Shown here one piece after another: positions 25,150 to 38,128 of a stretch of DNA of 64,000 nt. This stretch comes from the human T2T-CHM13v2.0 reference genome, Homo sapiens, in the NCBI RefSeq assembly GCF_009914755.1, contig NC_060948.1. One strand, 5' to 3'. The notes under the pieces were generated by a model. It worked only from the letters and a program-made list of their open reading frames with translations. It had not been told where the DNA came from and searched no databases. The position numbers and the translations under genes were made by a program. The stretch's first letter is position 1, and each line of letters begins with the position of its first letter.

Positions 25150-25806
25150 AAAGTAAAAGCAGTGTACCCTATTCCTTTAAAAGCCAGGATAAATTTCTGT
25201 CTAACCAGCCAAGGCATATTCTTCTTATGTGGATCTTCAACCTACATCTGCCTCTCAGACAGTTTTCAAGAAATAACAAAATCTATCCTTACTCTACCAT
25301 CCCAAATAGACTCTGTGGCAGCAATGACTCTCCAAAACCATCAAGGCCTAGACCTCCTCACTGCTGAGAAAGGAGGACTCTGCACCTTCTTAGGGGAAGA
25401 GAGTTGTTTTTACACTAACCAGCCAGGGATAGTATGAGACAATGACCGGTGTTTACAAGAAAAGGCTTCTGAAATCATACAACAGATTTCAGACTCTTGT
25501 ACCAACCTCTGGAGTTGGGCATCATGGCTTCTACCCTTTCTAGGTCCTGTGACAGCCATCTTGATATTAGTAACCTTTGCATCCTGTATTTTTAACCTCC
25601 TTGTCAAATTTATTTCCTCTAGGATCAAGGCCATCAACCTACAGAGGGTCTTACAACTAAAACCTCAAATGAGCTCAACTAACAACTTCTACCACAGATC
25701 CCTGGATCAACCCACAGGTCCTTTCACTGTCCTAAAGAGTTCCCCTGTGGGGGATATTACAAATGCAGGGCCCCTTCTTTGCACCTATCTAGCAGGAAGT
25801 AGCTAG
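25150..25806 (+). pseudogene. env: ERV9 env remnant (short SU piece plus TM with immunosuppressive domain)
   Basis: LQNHQGLDLLTAEKGGLCTFLGEESCF, then the TM anchor AILILVTFASCIFNLLVKFISSRIKAI. Confidence 0.9.
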
Positions 25807-25863
25807 AGCAGTCATTGCCCTATTCCCAACAACATTTGGGGTGTCCTCTTTAGAGGGGGGGGT

Positions 25864-26528
25864 TGAGAAGTGAAACAAGCAGGACTTCCTGGTTGGAGTG
25901 GGGACTTGGAGAACTTTTCTGTCTAGCTAAAGGATTGTAAATGCACCAATCAGCACTATGTAGAAACACACCAGTCAGCACTCTGTGTCTAGCTAAAGGT
26001 TTGTAAATGCACCAATCAGCACTCTGTAAAGTGGACCAATCAGCATGATGTGGGTGGGGACAAATAAGGGAATAAAAGCTGGCCACCCCAGCCAATAGTG
26101 GCAACCCACTCAGGTCTAGTTCCATGCTGTGGAAGCTTTGTTCTTTTACTCTTCATAATAAATCTTGGAGATGCTCACTCTTTGGTTCCACATTGCCTTT
26201 AAGAGCTGTAACACTCACTGTGAGGGTCTGTGGCTTCATTCCTGAAGACAGTGAGACCACAAACCCACTGGGAAGAATAAGCAACTCTGGACATGCCACC
26301 TTTAAGGGCTGTAACATTCAATGTGAAGGTCTGTGGCTTCACTCCTGAAGACAGTAAGACCATGAACCCACCGGAAGAAAGAAACTCCACACACATCGGA
26401 ACATCTGAAGGAACAAACTCCAGACACATCATCTTTAAGAACTGTAACATGCTCTGTGAGGGTCTGTGGCTTCATTCTTGAAGTCAGTGAGACCAAGAAC
26501 CTAGTGGAAAGAACCAATTCTGGACACA
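25864..26528 (+). promoter_or_regulatory. 3' LTR12
   Basis: Follows PPT agagggggggg; tgagaagtgaa...ccaattctggacaca; homologous to the 5' LTR but clearly diverged. Confidence 0.92.
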
Positions 26529-27689
26529 GCTTCCCACTGAGCTTACAACAAGGACCATAGAACTCAACATGGCTGCAGATCCCAAGTGGTCCTGCCTGTT
26601 GCCCTCTCCCATTTAGTCTGCTCAACTGTTTGCAGCCTCATCTGCTCCCACTTTGGGGGCTCTTGATTGTCTTGGGGATTTTGTGTGCATCCTCAATCCA
26701 TTCACCCAGTGCCCACCCTTACCTAATTTATCTAATTTCCTAGGGATTTATCCAACTGAATCCTTAAAGTCACATCAGTTGTGATATCTAACTGTAGAAA
26801 AGTTAATAATGTAATGTTTCTAAAGATAAAGAAATGATTTGTTATTTGTTAGATCATTGATGAGATCACTCTCAATTTAGAAATCAAGAAAATAATAGTA
26901 AATAAAATAAAAGCCCATGTTTGGGATAATAGGTAAAAAAAAGGCTCAGTGCTGAAGACAAATGACAAGACTGATTATTGAAATAACATAAGAATTTATT
27001 GGAGAGACTATTACCTTCCTATATTTTCCAACTGTGTGTTACTACTTACAAGATATTTTATGTTTAAATACTTATATTTTATGTAGTCCATCAATGCAGT
27101 TAACTGATGAAAAGTCCTAGCCCACATCATGATAATCTACATAAATGGTTCTAAACATCCTTAACTGTATAACCTAAAGTAATAAAGTAAGCCTAGACAT
27201 TTAAGCAGGTGAATTATTAATATTTATATATTGAAATTCTGAGAAGGAATGTAAGTATGTCACAGCTCTGGTACAGGACTTGGGACAGTTGTGTAACCAT
27301 GCACCCCATGAACTTAAGGCTCTCTCTTTTACTTCCTACTGGATGGCAAATTCTTAACCGATGGAGACTGAGGGGCAAACTGTCACCTTTATTGGAAACT
27401 CTAGTTAAGCAGAAAAGTCTTCATTTCAGAACATCCTTTCCTGTCAGGTATTTTCTTTTCTCATCCACGGAAACCTGCTACCCAGCCATATTATTACTTT
27501 GACTCAACCTCAGGTGGAGCTAGACAGGACCAATTTTACAACACAGAATCCCATAACTATGAGAAAAGCTAACATATGAAACACTTCATGGTGTAAAACT
27601 TAAATATTTTACTGTTTATCTTTTTATGTAGTTGTTTTCTCTTGCATTTATTTTTGGTGAAGTAAATAAAGTGCAAATCTTCCTTTTTG

Positions 27690-28420
27690 TGGCATGTCTT
27701 TTCACTTTCTTGATACCGTCTTTCAATGCAAAATATGTTTTATTTTGAGGGAATTTTTTCTTTAGTTGGCTGTATCAGATCTAAGATTTTTGTATCAGAT
27801 CTAAGTCCTAGGTTATGAAGAAGTATCCCTAAGTTTTATTCTAGAGTTTATGTTTTTACCTTTAATAGGTAGGCTTTTGAACCATTGACTGATGAGGAAA
27901 AGATACAATTTTTTTTCTGAATGTGGTTAGTTTGTTGTCTAACAGCATTTGTTGAATTTTATGGTCTTGACTGAATTACAAAATCAATTGACCATAGAGG
28001 TATAGTTGGACTTGACATTCAGTTTCATTGATCTCTATGTGTGTCCTTATGCCAATATTATGCTGTTTTTCTTACTGTTGCTTTTCAGTAATATTTGAAA
28101 TTGAGAAATGTGAGACTCCAAGTTGGTTTTTGTTTTCAAGATTATTTTCACTATTCAGGGTCACTTGAAATTTATATGAATGTTAGGACTGGCTTGCCCT
28201 TTCTGTCAAAATAACTTTGGTATTTTCATAGAAATCACAATGAATTTCTAGATTGCTTTGTGTACTATTGTCATCTTAAAAAAATTATCTTCTAATCCAG
28301 AAACATGGAATGTCTTCACATCTATTCACAGATTCTGGAATTTATTTCAGCAATATTTTGTAATTTTCCATGTCTAAGTCTTGCTCCTTGGTTAAATTTA
28401 TTCTTAAAATATTATTACTG
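27690..28420 (-). mobile_element. Old L1M ORF2 fragment, continuing at ~30135-30560
   Basis: Antisense L1 text (ttcaagattattttcactattcagggtcacttg...ggttaaatttattc) resumes after the ELOC insertion. Confidence 0.7.
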
Positions 28421-28434
28421 TTGTTGTTTTTTTT

Positions 28435-28610
28435 GTTTTATTTTTTGAGACAGAGTCTTATTCTGTTGCCCAGGCAGGAACGTGGTAATGTGATCATAGC
28501 TCACTGCACCTTTGAACACTTTAGCTCAGGTGGTCCTTCCACATTGGCCTCCCAAGTTACTGGAATTACAGGTGTATATGACTACACCCAACCCATTTTT
28601 TTTTTTTTTT
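28435..28610 (-). mobile_element. AluJ/FRAM right arm
   Basis: gagacagagtctt...gatcatagctcactgca...ggaattacaggtg. Confidence 0.75.
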
Positions 28611-28894
28611 GCTGTTTTTAAGGATGAAAAGATGCTTTGCTTTATAATCAATGAAAACATAGTACTTTTAATTGCCCAAAAGTCATAATGCACAAGAACT
28701 CTAAGTTGTATAGTTAACTTCTGGACCATCTGGGTAAAGTTCAAGTGCTTCTTCAAAATTTGTACCTGATAATCTTCCCAAATTGTCCTTAAAGTTCTTA
28801 AATTGTAGCAGTAAAAATAATGACAAGACCAGACACATTTAAACAATACTAAAATTTTTCCAAGGACATAAGAAATTTTAACTCTTATACTGTT

Positions 28895-29158
28895 TGTTTC
28901 TGTGTTTGTTTGTTTGTTTTTTGAGACAGGGTCTCACTCTGTTCCCCAGGCTGGATGCAATGTGCCATCATGGCTCACTGCAACCTCTTACTCTACGGTT
29001 CAATTGATCCTTCTGCTTTAGACTCAGCCACCAACCTGGCCCATTTTAATTTTTTTGTAGAGAAAAGGATGTACCCTGTTGGCTGGGCTCATCTCAAATG
29101 TCTGAGCTCAACTCATCTGACAACCTTGAACTCCCAAAGTGCTGGGATTATAGGCATT
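28895..29158 (-). mobile_element. AluJ, diverged, with an internal deletion
   Basis: ttgagacagggtctcactctg...atcatggctcactgcaacc...ctcccaaagtgctgggattataggc. Confidence 0.8.
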
Positions 29159-29199
29159 GACAAAATGTTTATTACGTCAGGGTCAGTTAAAAAAATCTA

Positions 29200-30130
29200 T
29201 TTTTTGGCTAAGTTATAAATATACTTATAATGCAATTATTTGTGTAACTCCAGCAATGCTATGGGCAGCTACAAAATCAAAATAGTCTTTTAAAAAAACA
29301 CTAAAAATATCAAAACACCTAGCCCCATTATTTAGTTGTAGAAGAGGTTCATTTATGTCTAATTTTCAGCATTTTCATGTCGTTATTGCTGATTTCAAAA
29401 GCCATATCCAATGGGTAAGGCAAAAGGACCTATGAATTGAGATACTTGTTTATTTCTCAGTTTGTGAAAATCTCCTTAAATTGCTGAGATTGTAAACAAA
29501 TTTAAACTCTATTATGCAAAAAACAGAAGACAATCTTCTTTGTCATTAATTTTGCAGCTACATTGCATACAAGATATGTACTATCTATGAAAAAATACAA
29601 ACTCAACTACAGGTCTTAAACACTGAAAAGAGTTGCCAGTTGATTATAATTTATTTTGTTATATCAATCTAATGTATTTATGTACAATTCGTTGTATTTA
29701 TATAGAATCTGGAAAGTTCACAGCCATCAGCAGTTCTGCAGTTTCAGGTGAAATGGGAATTCAGGAATCTCTGTGGAACTGTGGGTGTAGTGAAATGTGT
29801 AGGTAAAATATTTGCATGCTTTTGGAAGCATTTGTGAAGGGATGTATTTCAAATTGACCTCAACTGTGTCTTTCTCAGCAAAATGATCTGGGACACTCAA
29901 CAAGGGTTTCATTGTTTCTGATGTTTGTGCACGTTCTTCTTTTTACAAGAAATTCAGGGCTCAGAAGATATCCATTTGACATCATGGCATTAGAGCTTTC
30001 ACAACCACTGTAGGTTTTCTCTTCTTCATACATTATGGTTTCAAGTAATTTTATTCTGATTTCCCGGGAGCTTGAAAGGTTTCTGTTTAGCCCCACAGGC
30101 ACTGCAGGGAGGTCCCAATATAGCAGCAAA
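29200..30130 (-). pseudogene. ELOCP: Elongin C processed pseudogene (CDS-like 30033-29698, with 5' and 3' UTR)
   Basis: Intronless; MYEEEKTYSGCESSNAM and [51 protein letters not shown] match recalled ELOC (MDGEEKTYGGCEGPDAM...[19 protein letters not shown]); frameshifts; UTR ttttcacaaactgagaaataaacaa. Confidence 0.95.
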
Positions 30131-30927
30131 ATGGTTAATTTCTAGCGTACAGAGAAAGATTTTTTGTGTTGATATTTTGTTGTGCTACCTTGCTTAATTT
30201 GTTCACTAGATTTTATAATTTCTTGTTGGTTCCTCCTGGTTTTCTGTGTAGGAGATCTGTGAGTAGTTTTACTTCTTCTTTATACATATGAGTGGCTTTG
30301 TATATATATTTCTTTTCAAATTATTCTAGTGGAACTTTTAGTACAGTGTTGAATACAGTGATGAGAGTGAGCATCAGTGCTGTTCCTCATCTTAAAACTT
30401 TGGTTCCCAACAATTCAGATGATGATTGTTATGGGTTTTGCATAAGGACATTTTGTTATGTGAAAAAATTTGAAACACTGTTTATCGGATTTTGTTATTA
30501 TTAAAATATTTTGACTATCTTTGTGTACTTTCTGAAACAGTTGAGACAAAAGTGATGTTTTTCCATCAGTTACTTTGCATAGTATATCGAAAAGGGATGG
30601 GTTTAGAATGGTGAGAAACCCTTGACTGGCTGAAAAAAGAACTTAATAATTGTGATGTATAATGTTTTCACTATGTACCAAATTCCATGTACTCTTATTT
30701 GGTTAAATATTATGATGTCTATAATTATCAAATTTATTAACATTTAGTTTTTTTCTCCTACTGATACCATATGTTTAATTTAATACACAGTTGGGGTTAG
30801 AAAAAGATATGGTTTGGTGTAATATCATGGGTATTAGGGGTCAGAGTTTTGAGTTGTAGAGGATGTATTTAATATTTTTTGAAGCACGATGGGCAAATAT
30901 TAAGGATAGGATAGAATTTGGGGATTA

Positions 30928-31220
30928 AGCTGGGCTCGGTGGCCCATGTCTATAATCCCAGCAGTTTGGAAGGCCATGGTGGGCAGTTCAGGAGGTCAAG
31001 AGATCAAAACAATTTGGTAAACATGGTGAAACCCCGTCACTACTCAAAATACAAGAAAAAAATTAGCTGGGGTTGGTGACACGTGCCTGTATTCCCAGCT
31101 ACTCAGGAGGCTGAGGCAGGAGAATCACTTGAACCTGTGAGGCAGAGGTTGCAGTAAGCTGAGGTCATGCCACAGCACCCCAGCCTGGCAACAGAGGGAG
31201 ACTCCGTCTCAAAGAAAAAA
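30928..31220 (+). mobile_element. AluSc-like
   Basis: Full dimer; degenerate TSD agaatttggggattaag (30913) / agattttgggaattagg (~31589) encloses the Alu plus the GAA tract. Confidence 0.9.
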
Positions 31221-31555
31221 GAGAGAGAAGAAAGAAGAAGAAGAAGAAGAAGAAGAAGAAGAAGAAGAAGAAGAAGAAGAAGAAGAAGAAGAAGAAGAAG
31301 AAGAAGAAGAAGGAGGAGGAGGAGGAGGAGGAGGAGGAGGAGGAGAAGGAGGAGAGGAAGAGACGAAGAAGAAGAAGAAGAAGAAGAAGAAGAAGAAGAA
31401 GAAGAAGAAGAAGAAGAAGAGGAAGAGGAAGAGGAAGAAGGAGAAGGAGAAGAAGAAGAAGAAGAAGAAGAAGAAGAAGAAGAAGAAGAAGAAGAAGAAG
31501 AAGAAGAAGAGAAGAAGAAGAAGAAGAAGAAGAAGAAGAAGAAGAAGAAGAAGAA

Positions 31556-31587
<32 letters not shown>

Positions 31588-31591
31588 AAGA
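31211..31591 (+). repeat. Compound (GAA)n/(GGA)n trinucleotide tract derived from the Alu tail
   Basis: Approximately (GAA)26(GGA)11...(GAA)18...(GAA)20 GA (GAA)22; all purine except one C at 31364. Confidence 0.98.
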
Positions 31592-31599
31592 TTTTGGGA

Positions 31600-34500
31600 A
31601 TTAGGGATGGGGTTTACAATTGCAGAACAAGGTTTAGGATTACATTGTGAGGTAGGGCTGAGGTTGGGATAGGGGTTAGTACAGTGGTAGGATTAGCTTT
31701 AGAGTTAGAGTTAGGGTCAGGGTTAGGTGTTAGGGTTAGACGTTAGAATCAGTGTTAGAAGTTAGGTTTGGGATTGGGTTATGCTTAGGGTTAAGGTAAA
31801 AATGTAGGCATACAGAAGGGTGTTAGGCATTAGGGTCATGGCCTGGATTAGGATTAGTGTTAAGCTTTATGTAGAGGGTAAGGGTTAGAGGGGTTGTGTT
31901 AGGGTTAGTGTTTGCTTAAGCTTTAGGGTTAGAATTTACCATTAGGATTACTGTTTAGGGTTACATTTAGATTTAGGTTTGGGGTTGAGGATTGGGGTTT
32001 AAGGTTAGGGTTAGCATTTATCATTTATGTTTATGGTTATGGTTAGGTGTAAGATTTACTGTTAGGAATATGGCTAGGGTTTTGGATTTAGGGCTGGCAT
32101 GACTGTTAGGGCTGGGTTAGGGTTAGGGTTAGTCGTCATGGTTAGTGTTACAGTTAGGGTTGGGTTTAGAGTTTAGGAGTAGGGTTAGGGTTTATGGTTA
32201 GGGGACAGTTAGGTGTTAGGGTTAGTGATTAGCATTTACCACTAGGGATAGCATTAAGGTATTTCTAGGGTTAGGGGCAAAGATTAAGGTTAGGTTTATG
32301 GTTTAGGGTTAGTTTGGATTAGGGTTTTGGTCTAGGTTTAGGGGTAGGTGTTGGCTTAGGGGTTAGGTTAAAGATTACAGTTTGGGTTTAGTGTTCTGTG
32401 TAAGAGTTACGGTTTGGTTTTATTGCTAGGTTTAAGATTATGTTAGGAGTATGTTAGTATTAGTGTTAAGATTAGGGGTTTTGGATCAGTATTAGTGTTA
32501 GGGTTATGGGATGTAGTTAAAGTTTTTTTCAGTGTTTTTGGGATTTTGTATTTTACAGTTAGAATTAGAGTTAGATTTAGGCATTAGAGTTAGGTTTCGG
32601 GTTAGTGTCTTAGGCTTAATCTTAGGTTTAGGATTCAGAATAATTGTTATGCTTAGGATAAGCCTTAGGTTTCGGTTTTAGGATTGTGGTTAAGTGTTTG
32701 GTTTAGTATTAGGGTTTAGGGTTAGGGTCAGGGGTTAGGATTAGTGTTGGTGTTTAGTATTAGTGTTCAGGTTGGTTTTGGGTTTTTTTGTTGTTGTCTG
32801 GCTATTGTTAGGATTGTGGATATGGGTTAAGATTTGGGCTAGTGTTGGGTCTGGTTTAAGGCTTGGGTTTAATTTTTAATATTAGGGGTAGGCGTTAGAG
32901 CTTGTTTTATGTTTAGGGTATTGTTTAGCATTAGTGTTATTATTAAGGTTAGAATATAGGCTTAAGGTCCTGTGTTTAAGGGAGGGTATGATTTAGGTTT
33001 ATAAACCGGGTTGGTGTTGGTGTAGGGGTAGGGTTAAAGTTGGGGTATCAGGGTTAGGATTTCGGTAAGGGTTATGTTTGAGGTTAGGGTTGGTGTTAGT
33101 CTTACAGTCAGGGTTAAAGTTCAGGGTTACTGTTAGAGTTGGGTTAAGGTTAGGGGTTACAGTTAGTGTTGGGTTAAGGTGTAGGGTAAGGGTTAGGATT
33201 TATGGTTGAAATTTAAGTTCAAGATTAGAGTTATGGTTCATGATGAGCATTAGAGTTTAAGATTAGTGTTAGGGATCAGCATTTGTGATAAGGTTAGTGT
33301 TAGGAACTAGTGTTATATTTAGTGTTTAGGATGAGAATTAAGAGTTACAGTCAGCCTTTATGGTTTAGGGTTAGGGTTATGGTTAGCTTTCAGGCTTTAC
33401 AGTTTGGGTCATGCCTTAGGTTTAATTTTAGGGTTAAGTTAAGAGTTAGTTTAGTTTTAGTGTTAGGGTTCAGTTTTTATGGTTTTCCAATTAGAGTTAG
33501 GGTTATTGTTAGGCTTATGTTTTGGGGTCAGGGTTATGTTTAGTGTTTTAGGGTTTTATAGTCAGAGTTTCATTTAAGGATTATGGTTTTGTTTTGGGTT
33601 AGGGTTTCAAGGTTAGGATTAGGGTTAGGCATTAGGGTTAGTATTTAGGGTAAGGGTGAGGATTAGGTTATTGGATATGGTAAATTGTAGGTTTAGGATT
33701 ATTGTTAGGGTCAGATGGTTTTGTTTAGGTCTTAAGATTAGGGTTAGTTCTAGGATTTAGGATTAGTCTCAGGGTTTAGTGTTAGGGTTAGGGCTTATTT
33801 TTAGTATTTGGGTTTTTATTGAGTTTGACGTTCCGTGTCTTAGTTTTATGGTGAGAGCCTGGGGTTAGGATTAGGTTTAAGTTTAGAATTATTGTATAAG
33901 GTCATTATTAGAGTTATGGTGGTGGCAGGGTTAGGCTTTATGGTTTTGGTTATGGTTAGTGTTTAGGTTTAGGTTAAGGGGTTAAGGTTATGTTCAATAT
34001 TATGATTACAGTTAGGGTTAGCATTATTGGTTAGGGTTAGTGTTAGGTTTATGGTTAGGGTAGATATTTGGGTAACATTAGGGTTAAAGTCACTGTTAGT
34101 GGTTAGGCTCAGGGCTAGGGTTTAATTTTAGGTTTAGGTTTAGGGTTGGTCTAAGGATTAGTACTAGAATTATGGATTGGGTTTAGGTAACAAGGTTAGG
34201 TTTGGCTTTGGGTTTGAGGTTGGTGTAGGTGTAGGTTTAGGGTAATGTTTAGGGCTAGAATTAGAGTTGTGGGGTTAGCATTAGAGGCTAGTGTTAGTCT
34301 TAGGTTAGTGTTAGTGTCAGGTTTGGGATTCAGGTTTAGTGGCTAGGGTAGAATTAAGTGTTAGGGGTTATGGTTAGTGTTAGGGGTAGGATTTTAGTGC
34401 TAGTATTAGGTTTTAAGGGAGTATTGGTAGAGATGGGTTAGTTATTGTTTTATGGTTAGGGTTAGTTTTTTGGGGTTAGGGTTTGGGTTTTATGGTTGGG

Positions 34501-34777
34501 TTTTGGGTTCAGTTCATGGTATGTTTGGGTTGCTGCTGAGTTATGGTTATTATCAGGGTCAGGGTCAGGTTCAGGTGTCAGCATTAGGATTTAGTGTTGG
34601 GATTGGGTTTTGGTTTTTGGTTTGTGTGAGGGGTTAGGCATTAAGATTAGGCATAGTGTTGATGTTGGGGTTGAGGTTGGAGTTTAGGCTTGCTGTTAGA
34701 TCTAGGGTTTTTTGGTTAGGTTTAGGGGTAGGGGTTGGGGTAAGGTTAATGTTACAGTTAGGTTTAGGGTTAGGGTA
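31600..34777 (+). repeat. Degenerate interstitial telomere-like (TTAGGG)n tract; probably starts near 30790, upstream of the Alu
   Basis: Continuous ttaggg/ttagtg/tcaggg/ttatgg variants for >3 kb, G+T-rich on the + strand, with short perfect runs. Confidence 0.93.
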
Positions 34778-35219
34778 GTCCTGAAAAACTGGGTACTGCC
34801 TCTGGAATCCTGGAAAAATTTTTATATGTACAGTTGTTACAGTTTCTTTTCTCACAGAGGGAGGCTGAGACCCATGAATTCTTAGCCTGGTTCATGTCAC
34901 CTGGGACCATCGGGCTGAAGGCCGTGTCCACTTCTGTACTTTACAGTCTTGCTTATAGCACACATGAGCTGTGCTTCTCCCTCCAGGCCAGTGTTTATTA
35001 TGGGCCACCAGAACCAGATTCCCAGGGAATGGGTGTCTCTCTTGTGTAGGAGCTGAGACCAGGTTGGCTCAAGTCAGTTTCCCAGTAAGGACAGAATTGT
35101 GGAAGACATAGGATTTGAGGGGGAGCAGTCCCTCAAATAGAAGAAGTAATGATTTTCTCCATGGGAGTATTCCATCCACCACAAGGCCACACCTTGATGA
35201 AGCTCATGAAAACATATTC

Positions 35220-35680
35220 TACTCTGACCCATACTGATCTCTCCCTGGCCACCCTTGGACCACAGATCTGCTTCTGTTACTAAACTTTAGCTGAATTTTA
35301 TAGAGTTTCAGGTAGATATGGTAAGTCTTTGGGTCTCCGTGTTTTGTTCTGATTTGGCTCCTTTTATTCAGCACTGCTGCTTTGAGAGTCACCCTGTGGT
35401 GAGTGCATAAGCAATCCATTCCTTTGCATGCTGAGCCACATTCCAGGGTGTGGATATGCTACAGCTTGTTCACCCTTCTCCTGTGGATGAGGGTTTGGGG
35501 CTCTCAGTTGGGACTAGTATACATGGGACTACCATGAACATTTTTTATGTATATAGCCTGTGAACTTGTCTTCATTTCTCATGGTTCATTTTATGAGTAC
35601 AGTGGCCACATCATGTCCTGGTAGGTATGAACTGACTTTAATAAGGAACCACTGATTCTTGTCCTAAGTGTTTGATCTAT
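35220..35680 (-). mobile_element. Old L1ME-type 3' fragment
   Basis: tttggctccttttattcagc...ccattcctttgcatgctgag...tggatatgctacagcttgttcacccttctcctgtggatga. Confidence 0.6.
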
Positions 35681-36446
35681 TCCCTGCTTTCTCTCCTGCT
35701 TCCCCTACTTTAGTCATAATCATCCCTTGTCTCCTTCACACTTCAGTGCAGTAACTTTTTAGCACACTGCCCTTTCTTTACATTTGAAGTCACCAGCTTT
35801 TTCTCCATGTGCTTGCTCTGATGCCCTCTCTAAACTTGCATTCTCTGACCTGTGTGTTACACAATCCCCTCCAAAAACCCTACATATGAAAGGATTTTGG
35901 GAAAAGATTCTGTTACCTAATGAGTATCAGATACCTACATTGGCTCTGGATGGGGGAAAGAAGACTGGGTGGGTCTTGACACCCATTGTCCCAGAAGATA
36001 GAGCTCATCATCGTTGATAAAAAGAAGTCTGGGTGTGTCCTGGATACATGTTCATGTGACTCACAAACTTTTTCTAAATGACACCTGGAGACCTGGCTGT
36101 GGGCTGGAAACTGAGTATGAGTCCACTTGGATGCTGTGTGATTACAGGTAAGTCACTCAGTCACCTGATCCTGGCTGTCCCTTTGCACATGGGATGACCC
36201 ATTTCTTGCAGAGTTGCTGTTAGTTCACCTGAGCAAGACAGCTGCCTGTGGTGGTGCTCAGAAAAAGCTAATTTAAATTTGTTGAAATGGGACAAACCAT
36301 GGATATTAAGTGTTGAGGTCTGGAGTACAGCAGAAAAAGATTCAGAAGACCTTGTAAACCCTGAGGAGGTATCACTGATCACTGGCTGTCTGTGAAGGCA
36401 GCAGAGGAAAAGTGACCTGGGGTTGGAAATGGCCAGTTAGTTGGTC

Positions 36447-36923
36447 TGTTACAGATAGTTACACAGAAATGAGTGGGGCAGGAGAGGTTTCTCCCCTCCC
36501 ACCCACCTACCAGGAATGTCAGGTCATTGGGTGATGGTTGGACAGTTTTCATATTGCCTCTCTAAAAATGATAATTTAGCAGCTGGAGCCAGAGAGGTAC
36601 AAGCTTCTACTGATCCACAGCTGTTAACATTAAAGTGTTAATTAAATGCAGGCACCAGGGAGAAGAAAAAAGGGCTTCCAATAAAATCTCAGTTATTGGG
36701 CAAGTGAGCTCAGGCATACACATTAAGAGACAAACCCTCAGCGTATGACTTTCAGAGATCACTTTTTAATAAACGTCCTCTCCTGCTGTGAAACTTCCCT
36801 TAGTATCTTTTGCTGCTTTATAGTCCTCAGTCAAAGTCTTTCTTCTGAGAAGGCAAGAATTGTGGTTACTGCAGACCTGGATGGATTCGCCACCAGTAAC
36901 TCAGATATCTTCCACTGTTAACA
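36447..36923 (+). mobile_element. Solo ERV1 LTR, MER50-like, internally deleted
   Basis: TG...CA ends, perfect 4-bp TSD GGTC (36443-46 / 36924-27), tttttaataaac poly(A) signal, 3' end ttcttctgagaaggcaagaattg. Confidence 0.85.
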
Positions 36924-37079
36924 GGTCTAGGAGCTGGTGGACAGTGTGGCTGGAGTATGTGTCCAGAATGGGTTTGGCCAGGCTCCAGGCCATTCTGGAC
37001 TGTGGAGGGACTTGAACCCCAAGGTGATGGCACCCCATGGAGAGAGCTCACCCTGGTTGGAGAATGCTGGGAAAGGAAT

Positions 37080-38128
<1,049 letters not shown>

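Larger units (their letters stand above)
19110..26528 (+). mobile_element. ERV9 (HERV9) provirus with two LTR12(F-like) LTRs; defective, with integrase and most of env SU missing
   Basis: LTR-PBS-leader-gag-pro-RT-RNaseH-AG-rich spacer-env remnant-PPT-LTR order; many stops and frameshifts; no clean TSD seen. Confidence 0.95.

Noticed and set aside
31167-31604. 145-aa poly-Arg/Glu/Lys ORF resembling a protamine-like protein
   Set aside because: It is the translation of an Alu 3' end plus the GAA/GGA tract, which cannot contain stop codons
33310-34855. Hydrophobic Val/Arg/Gly/Leu and Pro/Asn ORFs
   Set aside because: Translations of degenerate TTAGGG/CCCTAA repeats
36110-36147. LSMSPLGCCVITG resembling the BPY2 C-terminus
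   Set aside because: Too short and weak; no other BPY2-like exon seen
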